DNA from: Raillietiella orientalis
Taxonomy: Eukaryota
Reading direction: 5' to 3'
Length of the DNA stretch: 64,000 nt
NCBI GenBank assembly: GCA_036172245.1
Contig: JAYWIR010000003.1
Coordinates: 3,410,001-3,474,000, forward strand
Shown: positions 1 to 12,900 of the stretch, piece after piece
Numbering within the stretch: position 1 is the stretch's first letter
Layout of the letters: the number at the start of each line of letters is the position of its first letter
Translations under genes and position numbers: made by a program
Notes under the pieces: generated by a model
What the model saw: only the letters and a program-made list of their open reading frames with translations
Databases searched by the model: none
What the model was told of the DNA's origin: nothing

Positions 1-562
1 TTCAATGGTCAATACTTTGAATAATTAAAATTTAGCATTTAGATCGGAGAGAAACAGAAAATTTCCAAAACACTATTTACCAAAAAAGTAAAAAGCCTAT
101 AATTTGCTAAGATCGAGTAGCTTACTTAAATAATGAAGGTGTTTAATAGTTATGGCGTTGTTTGAGTTAAGTAAAACGGCATTGCTTTTGTCAAGAAGTA
201 TCATTTTTGCACAACCCATAATTGGTGAAGTAATGAAAAATGCACGTTTCTAAGAGGAAGGATAATAAGAAACAAATACTTGAATAAAGTTATTTCATTC
301 AAAGTTATGTGTGACAGTTTATTATCAAACTGTATTTTGTACTTTAGTGATATTTTTCATTTTGCAGTTTTGTGTGTTTTAGTGGTACTTGAAGGGATGG
401 ATTGGAACACGGCATTGCAATAGCTTAGTGCCAAGCAAGCAATTCAGATTTTCAAAATGGGATGTTAAATATTGTAGCTAAATAGTATGTTTCTGTGGAT
501 TTGCAATGGTAGTTTCTCGATAATATTGCTTGCTACTTTGATGTGTAAAAATTAATGACAGA

Positions 563-880
563 ATGGAAGATGAAAGCAATGGGATTAAATCTCCAAGTCC
601 CCATGTTTCTAGATCTAGCACACCAGCAGGCAGCATGAAACCTATCCCAAATAATACAGAAGCAGATTCAACTACCATGTTATCTGGCTTACCCAGTATT
701 TCAAAATCTCAAACAAAATTTTGCCAACTATTAGCAGTTCTAGAAGACATGGGTCAGGCTATTCGACCAACTTATGCTGGCAGTAAGAGCAGTGCTGAAA
801 GACTGAGGCGAAGCATTATTCATGCAAGAATTTTAGTGAAAGAATGTCTGATAGAAACAGAGCGCTGTGCCAAACAATAA
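563..880 (+). CDS. CDK2AP1: Cyclin-dependent kinase 2-associated protein (CDK2AP1/DOC-1 family), 105 aa
   Basis: The C-terminus [51 protein letters not shown] matches the recalled family motif ([41 protein letters not shown]). The N-terminus is Ser/Pro-rich. AATAAA lies at 1031-1036, and a plausible upstream acceptor (tttttcattttgcag) lies near 367. Confidence 0.93.
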   Translation: MEDESNGIKSPSPHVSRSSTPAGSMKPIPNNTEADSTTMLSGLPSISKSQTKFCQLLAVLEDMGQAIRPTYAGSKSSAERLRRSIIHARILVKECLIETERCAKQ

Positions 881-3800
881 TTTAATGTTTCAGTTTGGAA
901 TGAGAATGATCAAGTAAATTATTTGGAGACCTTTTAGATAACTTTTGTGCATTTGTAGGTGACATCATCTGAACCTCAGTTGATCATCAAGAATGCTAGT
1001 GATTTGCCTAATTAAAAGCAGTTTTCTCGCAATAAAATACATTCCACTGCATCTGCGTATGTTCTGATTTATTCATCAGAATTTCGTTTGGTGATCTGTG
1101 TAGTTGAACAGATAGTATTGCTGCACACACCTTTCAGGAGCCCATTTAATTCCAAGGTCATCTGCATAACTGTGTATGCGAACTTTTGTTTCCTCCATTG
1201 AGGATCTGAAGATAGGGCAATATAAAAATGCGCAAGCACCCATATTTCAATTACATGTCCTTCTTGAGTGTAATTCTTGCCGATTTCATAGTACTTGGCA
1301 TTCGAATGCTTCGTGCCTCCGCGAATGAAGTCTTGAAGCATTTCATTATATCTCTTGTGTTTGTGATTGCCTTACGAGTTCACGTGTGCGTATAGTGAGG
1401 TCGTGTGATGTGTACACGTCCTCATGCTGCTGCTGTTGGCATTGGTCTTTTCCGGAGAGCATTGCCGTTCCCTCATTTGCAAGTGAGCCGGTTTCGGGTG
1501 GCATGATAACTTTGCGTGCCTCGTGCACTTAGAAAGTGCCGTAGGAATGTGGGGGGGAAAGCGTGTGGGTCCGACGAAAGGTTACCCGGCGATCGAAAGA
1601 CGAGGTCATAAGATCGTGAAAGATCCCGAAGGCCGATGGTGCGCGCAACACTTGATTTTTTAGGGGGAGTTCGCAGCGATCATTTGCCGATGAGTCCCCC
1701 GACTGCCCTTCGGCAGCTCATGAAATTGCAGTTCGCGTAGCAATGGGCAGTTTCAAAAGTGAACGCTCGCAGGGGGCGACCATCGGCTGTCCTTGAGCGA
1801 CCGTTTCCCTTCGGGGTGCCGGTTTTCCAGTAGAGCGCTGATTACTGCGAAGCGAACATCCTCCCTATTCCGGGATTTCGGGATTGGCAACCTTTCAGTC
1901 AGTCATATGCAAAGAGTGGATTCTGAAGCGGCCTCAAGGTCAGGACGCCTCTTAGCCAGTGCGACGACGCTTGAAGAGCGTGTCAACGTGACTTTCGGTG
2001 CTCCCTTTCGGTTCTAGCTGTGTGCTCCCCCCGCCGTCGTGGCGACAGCACGGTTTTCCTCAGGAGGTTCCCGTTTTCCGGGATGGCAGGAGCTCCTTCC
2101 GGGTTTTTCAGGGCTGTGCATTTTTTTCCTCTCAAAGTCGTGCCATCTGCCGGAAGCTGAGGCCGCTCCACAGACGCGGAAACACCAGGACCGAACGAAA
2201 TAGAGCGAGGAACCTGTAGGTGCCCGTGTCGTTTCCTAGCGGCTCGTAAGGAGTTCGTCGTGCGACCTTGCTTTCCGGCAAGGAAGCACCTCACCCCTGG
2301 TTCTTCTGATCCCCAGCCTCCGCGTCAACTCCCATCTGCCGTAAGAAGCGCAGTGCTGTTGCTGAAGCCGGTATCGCTGCCCAGGGGCCATGTGGGCAAG
2401 AAGGGACTCGCACAAGGAAGGTTTTGCGATGCGCCACCGATGACTCTTGGTTTTCCGGAAAACAGTGATGTTTTCCAGGTTGGAAGAGGGAGTGTGAGTT
2501 TTCCCACGGGGAAGTGAAGGGGACCAGAGGGGGGCAGGCCTGGCTGCAACTGCTAGGGCGGCTGGGTGATCGGGTAGGTGCTTGGTTTCTTGTTGCCTGG
2601 GAACTCTCAGGAAAAGGGGCTGCATCGGTGGAAAAGGCGCAGCCTACTCGAAAGTGGGTGCGCCGCAGTTGCTTGTAATACTGTCATTGCTAACAGTGCG
2701 GGTTCGCATTTCCCTGTGCCTTCTTGCTTTCGGCGATGCTCAGCTTTAGAAGCAGCAATAGAGCTAGAGGCTGTCAGTGGAAGGGAGGCGATTTCGGAGG
2801 CAAAGGTCACGCCTCGATTCTTTCTCCTCCGTGAATCACGTAAGATTCGGAGGCAGTCCAAACGAACCAAATAGATCCACTACGCCGAGATGAATAATTT
2901 AAGGGTAGCACTCCTGGAAAGCTCTTTTGCTTGAAACATCAGCACGGAAAAGCATTCGTTAAGAGAGGGAATGCCGTGAAGTCGTTAATCCTCAACACGT
3001 TTTGGTGCCTTTTTATTATATCTCGTGCAAAATGCCCACGAATCGGTCCTCTGTACGAGGTAAACTGCCACTCATCGGGATCAGTTTGTCAGTCAAAAAT
3101 GTGATTATCATGCAGAAAAGAAGTTCTGCGGAAAATTTTTCCCAATCCCAAGACAAACTTCGGGATTCATGGTAGATAGACACAAAAGGGCGGAGTGCAT
3201 CTGTTTGTGCTCGAACTCATTAGCACTGCAAAGGTTTCCTCCTCCTTCCCCCGTTCTCACTGAATCCACCGAGATGCAGAATGAATTTTCAGCGGCGTCC
3301 CGGAGACGGAAGAGGCAAGTGTGTCCGCAGGATCCCGTTGCCAAGAAACCCGCGTATGCGAGGCGCGGACTGGAAATGCTCGGAGCATTTCAACTTGGAA
3401 CTGCAGTGCACCAGGCATGTACTCCGGAAATATCTCATATCATGTCACAAAGCTAGGAAAACACACAGTCAGGTTGATGTCACTGAGCGCCATAATTGCA
3501 TCCTGGTTTTTCGACAAACGAAAATCTTGTTGCGATCATATCATTGCAATTAATGCGGACCCTTTCCATCGATTTCCAACTTCCTCGCTGGACCGGTGCT
3601 TTCCGAGTCGCGTGGACTATTTTGGAAAGAAGACGACTCAGCACGAAACGTTTTAAACTAAATCGGAAAAAGGCTCTTCCCATAAATAAGCAATCATCTG
3701 GAAAGCACGCTGCTCCGAAGCTGGTTTCGGAAAATTCCTCTGGATCTCTGGCTCAACTTGCCGAGCAGCGCGTTCATGGTATCGCAGGTCTTCCCAGATA

Positions 3801-5941
3801 TGAAAGTCCACAAAATTGCACGGTTTGCAGGAGAAACTGCGACGATTATTTGCAGCTTCAGCTTTCGCGAACTGCTGCTACATTTAAATTAGAGCATTCA
3901 AAAAAAAAAAAAAAAAAAAAAAGAATCCCGATCTGCAAGCAGCACATATCGGAGGAAAGCATCCAAGAGATGCAGTGGCGTATCGAATTACTGGCTATTT
4001 GATTACGAAGGCAGGCTGCCTCCGGTCTCCAGACATTCTGCCCATTGCCGATTCCCGAGCAGCCTCTCCCCCTTTCTCCTTTTTTTGAAGCCATGCCGGA
4101 ACGCATTCAGAAGATGCAGATGGAAGCTGTACGCAGTGATTCTTGTAAATAATGTTCCTGAGCGGCAGAACCGTTTCGAACTTCGTTTCGAAGCCTCCCT
4201 TTCCCAGAAAACGGAAAAGCAAGGACGCAATCCTCATGGAATCCACTGCGAACGAGTCCTGATCGGTTTGGCAAGGCTGTAGTGACGAGTGTGATATTTC
4301 AGTTGAAAGTGGAGTGCTTAATAATTCTGAATTCTCTGTGCCAAGGAGCGAGGGTCGAAAAATGTCAGGAATATTTATGGTTTGCATTCATCACGCTTTA
4401 TTTTATTTTATTTTCCCTTGCTTCTTGTGAAATGGACTCATAGATAAATTGTGGGATGTTTTATGCTTCAGTACTAGTGTTCCCCCGTTTTTGCAAATCT
4501 CCCGCATCTCGCGCTGTCATGTTCTATGTGTGTGGTGTAATAGAGATCATATGGAAACTCCAGGCTTGCTCCCCAGTAAGAAATGAGATCCGGAAAAATT
4601 GCCTGAAGCGAAAATCATCCTCAGGAAAGGAAAGCGGCAATTTCTGTCAAAGTCTCTAGGGAGGTTCAGTCCTTGATCTGACTTCATGATAGTCAGATAA
4701 AGTTATGCTCACGCACATGGTTTTGCGCACTCAACCTTTAGGATCAGCTGGGAATGCATATCGCTTCCGATATGCTCGGCGGCAGAATCCGCAACCATAA
4801 AGCTTCCTCCATGGTTACCGTTATTCTGGAGCTTACACTGAACTTCAATACCATGGCGCTTCCCATCACCTGCTCCGACCGCTCCTCATTATTCTGCAAA
4901 CGAAAAGGGAACCGGTGATCGAGGAGTAAGTTTAGACGGCTATCGCTTCTCGGGCTGCTCGAAATCATTGACAGGATCACACAAGAATTTGCTTGAAAAA
5001 ACATTTTGACTTCCGTTGTTATCTCTGACTTCCATCCTGGAGTCGTTTGACGCTAATGAACCAGTTTGCAGGCAGTGGTAGGTTTTAAGGAACCAATAAT
5101 GTCTGTAGTTTTGCAAGACTGCATTCCTGCTGGAGGGAACTTCAGTGATTTGAACAGTCTGGAGGAAGAAGAGACACGTAGAACGACGGTTCCAAAGCAA
5201 TCCATCCGGTGCAAACTTTTTTCGATAAAGATGTAGACAGTTCCAGAGAGATCTGATTACAGGGATGACTTACACAGACGTGAGGGAACACAAGATAGTT
5301 CTCTTTTTAGTGGTGCCTACTTCCATCTCATCATTCAACGGAAGTTTCCATATTCGACTTCTCTTTTCGTTCTTTTATTTATTTATTCCAGACTTACCAG
5401 AAACCTCTGTCAGCTCGATCTGGGTAAAATTCTGGGTTTCTTGCATGCCATCCGAAAATGGCATTTGCAATACTGGTTTTTGCGCGGACCAGATGTCAGA
5501 TCCCGAGAGCAGGGGTCCCATTGATTTCTTGGAGCTGAGCAAAGGGGAGCCTCCCGATTTTCCCATGTGACATGCCCGCATGGCAGATTCCTTGACCATA
5601 CCACTAGCATGCTGCAGCAAAGGAAAGACTTTCTCCACGCCACATTTGGGTAACGTGAGGTTATGGTCACTCGTGATTGGAGTTTGGCACATGGTTTGTT
5701 GATGCATTTTGTGCGTGTGTGCTCGAAGCTGGAGCTTTGCGTTCGTGTTTCTGGAGACACAAAACTTGCGTGCACGACTCGTGAGGTTGCTCTTCTAAGC
5801 TTTAAAGCCTTTTCGCTTTGTAGCACGCTGTTCTCACTGATCTGTTGCGTTGCCAGTGACAAGGCGCGGACTGGAAGGTTTAGCGGGACCTTTGGTGGGA
5901 TGAGCAGGACAAAAGAAACAAAAAGACGAAACGGTTGTCTA

Positions 5942-6094
5942 AGGAAAGAGACAGAAAGACAAGCGATTGTTGTGAGGAAAGAGACAGAAAGACAAGTGAT
6001 TGTTGTGAGGAAAGAGACAGAAAGACAAGTGATTGTTGTGAGGAAAGAGACAGAAAGACAAGGGATTGTTGTGAGGAAATAGACAGAAAGACAA
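5942..6094 (+). repeat. 33-bp minisatellite, about 4.6 copies (AGGAAAGAGACAGAAAGACAAGTGATTGTTGTG)
   Basis: Near-identical units start at 5942, 5975, 6008, 6041 and 6074 (partial). Confidence 0.95.
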
Positions 6095-6766
6095 AATTAT
6101 AACGGCACCAAGAGCAAGAAAGCCTGGCTGAGCGATATGAGGTTTTCGTGTCACGGTTCTCCATCCGTTTCTATTCTCAAGATTCGCGCTTGGTTTGAAC
6201 GCAGCGAGGGAGTCAGCGGTGTCACACAGATTGATGAGTTTTGCAACGAAGCGTGTGAACGGCTTAAAGGGACAAACAGTTTTCCAAAAAATTAGCATTT
6301 AATGCTTTGCAGTGGTTACGTGACGACAATTCTAGCTGTGTGCACTTCGTAGTTTTGTGGTCTTCGCAAAGAGGAGAGAATCTTCGTGTGAATTCTGACG
6401 GAGGTGCACTCAACACTGGAGAACCCGACTTCCACATGCAGCAGGAAACCTCGGTTCGGCGCTTTCTTCCTGGGCCAGCCTCTGCGGGCTGCGTTGACGG
6501 CAGCTTTTCGACTCCACCTGTTTTGTTAAATAATCGTCCTCTGAAGCGCTTGAGCCAGGTCTTTCTGAGGGATACAAGAAAAATGCCTTCATGATCGGCA
6601 GCTCAATTTGTTACGAGTGCCATGGCAGCCTAGTGGAAGTAAGAACAAGAATAATCATATTAATAATTACAATGAATGATGGATGGGGACTTTCCAGTTT
6701 CCCTCAGCTGACTTAGGAAGGTTCAGGCGAAAAAAATCAGACCGGTGATCGAATTTCCGAAAGAGG

Positions 6767-6797
<31 letters not shown>

Positions 6798-6928
6798 ATC
6801 AATTTCCCGTTTTCTGGCGTCCAGGTTTCCAATTCATCCGAAACTCTCGACAGCTCCTATTTCAAGGGGAGTCCCAGGATGAGACCTGTGAAGCATCCCT
6901 CCCGGAGGAAGAAAAATTGACACCGCTC

Positions 6929-9900
6929 TCATTGCGCGGTTTCCCCGGGCGAGAAGAGGTCTGCGCCTTGTTCCTGTCGGGAGAACGCACTCCCCAGGGC
7001 GTCATGACGATCTTGGGCAGGTGGCGCCACCGGTCTGCGAGGCGGTGGCAGCAGTACTGAGTGCGGGTAACGAAAACGACAGCGGTGACGACGCCAGAGG
7101 CAAAAAAGGGGGGGGGAGGGAGGGAAGAACAATAAACACGAAACCAAGCAACTGAACATGCAAGTCGTCGTTTAATTTTCTGGTTTTTTCTTTCTTTTTC
7201 TTTGTTCAACCTTCCACACGCTCGAGAAGCACGAGTGCGAACTGGTTGTCGTGCGCGTTTCCGGGAGAAAACTAAGGGCTAGGGAATCCTCCACTCCAAG
7301 GAGGAACCCTCCCTCCCCCTCCACCGCCGCCAATTGACAGGTCGCGCGGAACCCACGCGGCTGGTGAGTTGGAAAGGGTCTCGCTCTTGACCGGGGCCGC
7401 ATGGGAACGCATCTCGATCCCTCTCCTTCGCAGGGGTATTTTCCTCCCTCGAGAGAAACTCTTTCCTGGAACCCCCCCGATTTCTTCTCGACTCAAACAG
7501 GAGGGCAGACGGGAGAGGGAAGCGGTTCCCCTGGAAGGTCTGCACCTCACCCGGAGGGCGGGAAGGACGACGCAGCCTCGGGTCTTTCCCTTCCCTGCTC
7601 CAGGGAGAGAGCACGGACTCTCGCGAGATTGTTCTTCCCCCTTCTCCCCCCTCCGCTGCTTGGAGGTCGAGCGCACGGGAGATGCGCGGCAGTCGCCTAC
7701 CGCTTTGTGGTCGATGTGAGTCCACCAGTAGAGGGCGTTGAAAATCAGGAAGAGCACCGGGAACATCAGGCGGCAAGTGGCGTCGATAGTCTTCCCGATT
7801 TCGCCATGGGGGTCGCTTCCCGGTCCCGGAGGTCTTCCCAGGGAGACGGATGGGTGGAACCCAGCGGCGCGGCTCCAGGCACTGCCTCCTGCCTTTCTCT
7901 TGCAGAGTGGGAGAGGCATCTGGCGTCTCTTCACCGCCAGTGTGTACACCACCGGCGACTCCAGGAAGGCCATCATGATGAAGCCTGTCACCGCGGTGTT
8001 CCAGGTATCCATCGACTTGACGAAGTTCACCTGGAAGAGCGGCAGCAGCAACTCCGGGCAGCTTGGCTCTTCAAACGCATACACGACTTTCCCTTGCCCC
8101 ATCTTTCCCTCAAAGAGTGCCCTCGTGACACGGAAAAGCCCCCAGGGGCAAAATTCTACCGAAGCGAAGGACGGGGACGAGATCGACCAGTAGGCAAAGG
8201 GCAGATGACAGAAGCGGCGGCGGTGGCGGAGCTGAGGAGGGGGCGTGAATGAGGAAGAGATGAGCGATGCCGGCAGCAACAGCAGTGGTGGTGACGAAGA
8301 CGACGATGGCGAAGAGGAGGAGGAGGAGGAGGAAGTGGAAGGGAGGAGATAGAGGAGGCAGGAAGGATGAAGAGGAGGAGGCGGGAGGGGGGAGGAGGAA
8401 GAAGAAGAGAAAAGGAGGAATGAAGGAGGAAATGAAGAGTAGAGGGGATGATGGCGTTGCTCACAGCGACGGAGGCAGAAGAAGGACGTGTGCGCTAGGG
8501 GGAAGGTGGTGGTGCACTCACCTGGGCAATGTCCCTGTTGGCATACTGCATGAACGTGAAGTTGGTGATGAGCGCCGTGAGGCTGAGGGTGAGTCTGGCA
8601 CCGATCACGTGGACGTCCAGCCAGAAGGGCACCCAGCTGGCGATGACGAGCAGCACGGACGGCACGAAGGCGTCGAACAGGTAGCTGCTCAGGATGCGTT
8701 CGAAGACCAGCTCGACATCCAGGGAGCTGAGGAGCAGAGGAGAGGAGGCGGAGGGGGGGAGCGCGGAGGAGTCTTAGTGCCCCCTTCCCGTCGGGAGGGT
8801 TTCCTCCGAGAACTGCAAGGACCTGCGAGAGGAGGATGCAGGCGACCCCGGGTGCTTCCTCTTTCCTTCCTCCCGGAGACCAGTAGGACTCGCGGTTGGC
8901 TCGGGAGCCACGTCCCGAGGTGCTCGAGGAAGGGACGGGCCGAGTCCCTGCGTCCCGTCCGGGGACTGCGGCCTCAGCAGACCTGCCCCTCAGTGCTTCC
9001 GGGACTCAGGGGAGTCGTTGGCAGGGTAGTCCCTCGCTCGGACGGCATCTTCCGGTGCCCGGTCCCACCTTTCCTTCTCGGGAAGGCTCCCTTGTGTCCT
9101 CCCGCCCCCACCAAGTCGCCTTGCGGGAGGTCGGTCGACCCTTCCACCTCTTTCCCAGGCCCGCCCGAGGGCACACGCCGTCTCAGCTGCTGCTGGTCTA
9201 AGCTTCCGGGTACGCTCCAGTTGAGTTGCCCTCCCCTTTCCTAGCCAACTAGGGGTGTGGCTGGAGGGCTCAGAGTGCCTCCCACGGGAGGACACTTCGA
9301 CGCCTACGAACTCCATCTGCTGGACCGCGATGACACGATGGCCGCCTCGCGAGTCACGCAAGCTGGTCTACCCGCCCGTCCACCAGGGGACTCCGGCAGC
9401 AGCGGTCCACTGCCGAGGAGCCGCTTGCCTGCTTCCTGCCGGAGAAGAACGATAGAAAGTTCCATGCTGTCCAGTCGCAGCCCTCAAGCGCACGTCCGGA
9501 CCTTTCCTTGCTCTTCCCCCCCCCTTCTCTTGAGTTCCGGAAACGCCCTGCGGACGCTTATCCCGGGGGCGACTGTAGACCCGACAGATCAGCCTCCGAG
9601 CGCTCCTCCCGCGGAAAGAAAGGGGGAGGGAGAAAGATAAAGGCCAAAGCGGCAGCTCCTGGGGGACTAGCGCTCCCTCTCGGGCGGGCGGGGAGAAAAT
9701 GCCAGCGGCGGAGCGAGAAGCGCGCGCACTACCTGTAGTTGGCCACGTCAAACACGTAGACGGAGGGCTGCAGGGCACGGGCGCGCCGGAAGGTGTAGCC
9801 AGATACCTGGAGGTCCTCCGTGACGACGACGCTGGACGGCGCCCGCCGCCCGCGCGCGTGGCGCTCGTCGAGCTCGGAGATCCAGCGCAGCCGCAGTCTG

Positions 9901-12900
9901 CTGACGTTGTAGCTCCCTGGAAACGCCCGGTCATGGCTCGCGGGGGCAGGTGATCGGCGTGGGCGCGCTCACAGCTCTGGATGGTCAGCGGGCAGATCTG
10001 GATGTCCATCGGGTAGTTGTGCAGGTCGACCTCGCAGCCGAGGACTGACTCGATCCTGGAAAGAGAGAGGGGGAAGACTGTCGTCCTACACCACCGGGGG
10101 CAAGGTAGCAGAGGACGCGAGCTTCGAGGGAGCGCCTCAGGGCGTCTCTGCTGTGCCGCTCTCCGGGAAGGGGGCTTTCCGCGGACCGCTACGCCGTGTC
10201 TCCTCCGCTCGGCGACGCGCGATGGGAGAGGGCGTGGCATCCGTCTCCCCCAGACCAGCCACACAAACCCCAGAAGGATGCACACAGGAGAGAGCCGTGT
10301 GAGTCCGAGAAGCCGCCCGCACCTGGCCCCCGAGAAGGGCGGCTCTCGCGAAGAGTCCCGTCCCCATCTCTCGCGCTGCTCCGCGCGGGAAGTCAGAAAA
10401 GGGGTAGCCGTCTCCCTCGACCAGGTTCCCCCCCCCCCACGACGCCTGTGCTCGCGTCGTGTCTCTCTCTTCTTGGTCGCTGCCGCTGCCGTCGTCGGCG
10501 AGGCAGAGAACCAAAACCGCCCACCCCGAGACGCTGCGGCGTTCCGCTCGTCTCCCGGAGCTCAGCACTCCCTTCGGGCAGTGCCCACGAGAGCAACCGC
10601 TGGTCGTCGCGGTCGCTGACCCCCTGCCAATCCGCATGTGACGTCCGCAGAGAGCAGCAGTAGCCCCATGCGGGAGGAGCTCCTCCTGGGTCCCGGGGAA
10701 GAAGGGCCGGACTGAAAGCTACGGTTGAGGGCAGGAGGGACGGGGCGGAGCCCGCCTTCCCGCATCCTCGCGACGGTCCTGGAAGAGCTGCCCCTCCTCG
10801 CTCGTCTGCCTTCCTTCCTGAAAGGCTGGAAGGGAGGAGGGAACAGGGAATCCCTCGCACGCTACCTGGGCGCTCGACGGCCTCTGGTCAGAGGAAGGTC
10901 AGAACGCTCACTCGGGATGGATCTGGCAGAGGCGCGCCGAGCGCTATTTCGGGGGAGCTCGCGCCGTTCTCGGCCGGACCCCACCCTCTCCCTCTCCCGT
11001 CCGAAGCAGGAAGGGAGAGGAAAGGAGCGAGAAAAGATGCCACCCTGAGGCGCTCCATTCCTTGGCGTTTCCTCCCTCCGCGGGCTCGCGGGATGCAGTC
11101 AGGAATGCCAGCAGCAGAGCAGTAGAAGTGCCACCCATCCTTCACCTGCGTACCCCGAGGGCCCGGATTCGAATCCCGGGCCCGGGGGATTCACCCATCT
11201 GCTTCTACCTTGCTGCTCGAGGCCGAGTGGCTGCGTCCGTCCGAGGTGCCGCGCGCTTCCCCGCTTCGTGCTCGGCAGCAGCGCGGTCGCCGACTGGTGC
11301 CTCCGGGTCGCCGCACGTCACGGCGCGTTCTCCTCCACTGGCAGCTCCGCGAGGACACATGCAGTCCGCATCACTCCACCTGCATCTCTCTACCACGCGA
11401 ATAAGGAATAAGGAAGGAAAAAGGGAAGAGGAAGGGAAGAGGAGGAGGCGAAGGAAGGGAAGAAAAAGAGGAGGAAAAAGAAAAGCAGAAGAGGAAGAGG
11501 AAGAAGAAGAAAAGCAGAAGAGGAAGAGGAAGGTAAACACGGAGTTGCAGCAGCGAACAGGTTGCTGCTGCCGCCGCTGTCTTCCCTTCTTCAGGAGGGA
11601 TCTCGACGGAGCGTCCGGCCTCGCGGTTGCCGCCCGACCCTTTCCCTGTCTTCTCGGGCGCCTTCACCCACCTGAGCACGTAGAGGACGGTGCTGTCGTT
11701 GAAGATGCGGATAAACACGTTCTTCTGGGGTGCATCCAGGACCTCTGAGGAGATCTCGTTCAGGAAGTAGACCGCGGGAACCCAAATCTGCTCGGGGAGG
11801 ACTCCTGTAATGGAGGAGGGGGGGAGGACACGTGAGGTTTCTCTCGAGCATCGAAGCCTCCCCTCGCAGTCGGCTTGCGGGGGTCAACCGGGAATGGCGG
11901 CCCCCCGCACGGAGAGCTCGCAGGGCAGGGCTGTCGGGGCGAGACGCTTGCTGGCGAGGGTTCGCTCCGTGACGATCGGGGGACAGGAGGATAGGACAGG
12001 GGACCTGATCCCTGTCCGACCCTCCTGGACTGGCAGTCTCTCTCCGGGGGCTCCAGAATTATTTTTAAAATTTTTGCGCGCGCAGCGGGAGGCGCCAGAG
12101 GGGATCTCTGAGGGCGAGGAACGGCAAGGGAGCGAGCGAGGGCATGCTCGCATCCATCTGCCGCGGACCCGCAAGTCGATTGCGGCGCGCCCAAGCCGGC
12201 GGCTGACGCAGATGACCTCTCTTCTGGACCTCTTCTGGAGGAGAAAAGGGAAGGGATAAGAAGGCAGGGAAGAGAACGGAAGAAATTGTTGGGGAGAAGA
12301 TCGCCATCGCAGGGTCGTGGACTTGAGAGGGCGGCAGCTGCGAATGGGAGCCAGCCTCCGCCCCCTTGTCCCTCTTTCCAGCCCTTGTGAACGCTCTTTT
12401 TCAGCGGGTAGGTCGGCTGCGGATGCTGGAAGAAGGAGAAAGAAAAAAAAAGAAAAATCTCTTGCTCCTTCGCCCTCTGTCCTCCTGGTGACATCTTTAC
12501 AGGCGGCATAAAAGGGCCCGGATTCTTAAGACATCACCCACGCCCAGCAGGGAGACTCAGGGGGGGTCAGGTTCCGACGGCATAGGTTGCCGCAGGCAGA
12601 CGGAAGCTGCGGAGGAGTCGCAACGGACGGTAGCGCCTCGGCATCGGCGGGACGCAGGAGCTTGACACGAATTCCCCCCTCCCCTCCCTCTACGGACGCG
12701 CCTTCCATCGAGCCGCGCGCCCGAGAGGACGGAAACTCCCTGCGTCGCGCCAGGAGATGGCGCTAGAAAAGCTCACCTTCGATCTCCGGGGTCGTGGTGT
12801 TGCTCCAGTTGAACCTGCCATCTGTCCACACCATCAGGAGAGACCACAGCAGGCTGTACTCCTACGGAAGAGGGGGAATACGGGCAGCGGGGAGGGAGTG

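Noticed and set aside
3995..5862. Possible minus-strand spliced gene (GTAAGT donors at about 5397 and 5273, acceptor at about 5159)
   Set aside because: I could not build a coherent frame with recognisable homology, and the splice-like sites may be chance.
5942..6094. Possible CRISPR-like array
   Set aside because: The units are head-to-tail with no unique spacers, the context is eukaryotic, and there are no cas genes. It is a minisatellite.
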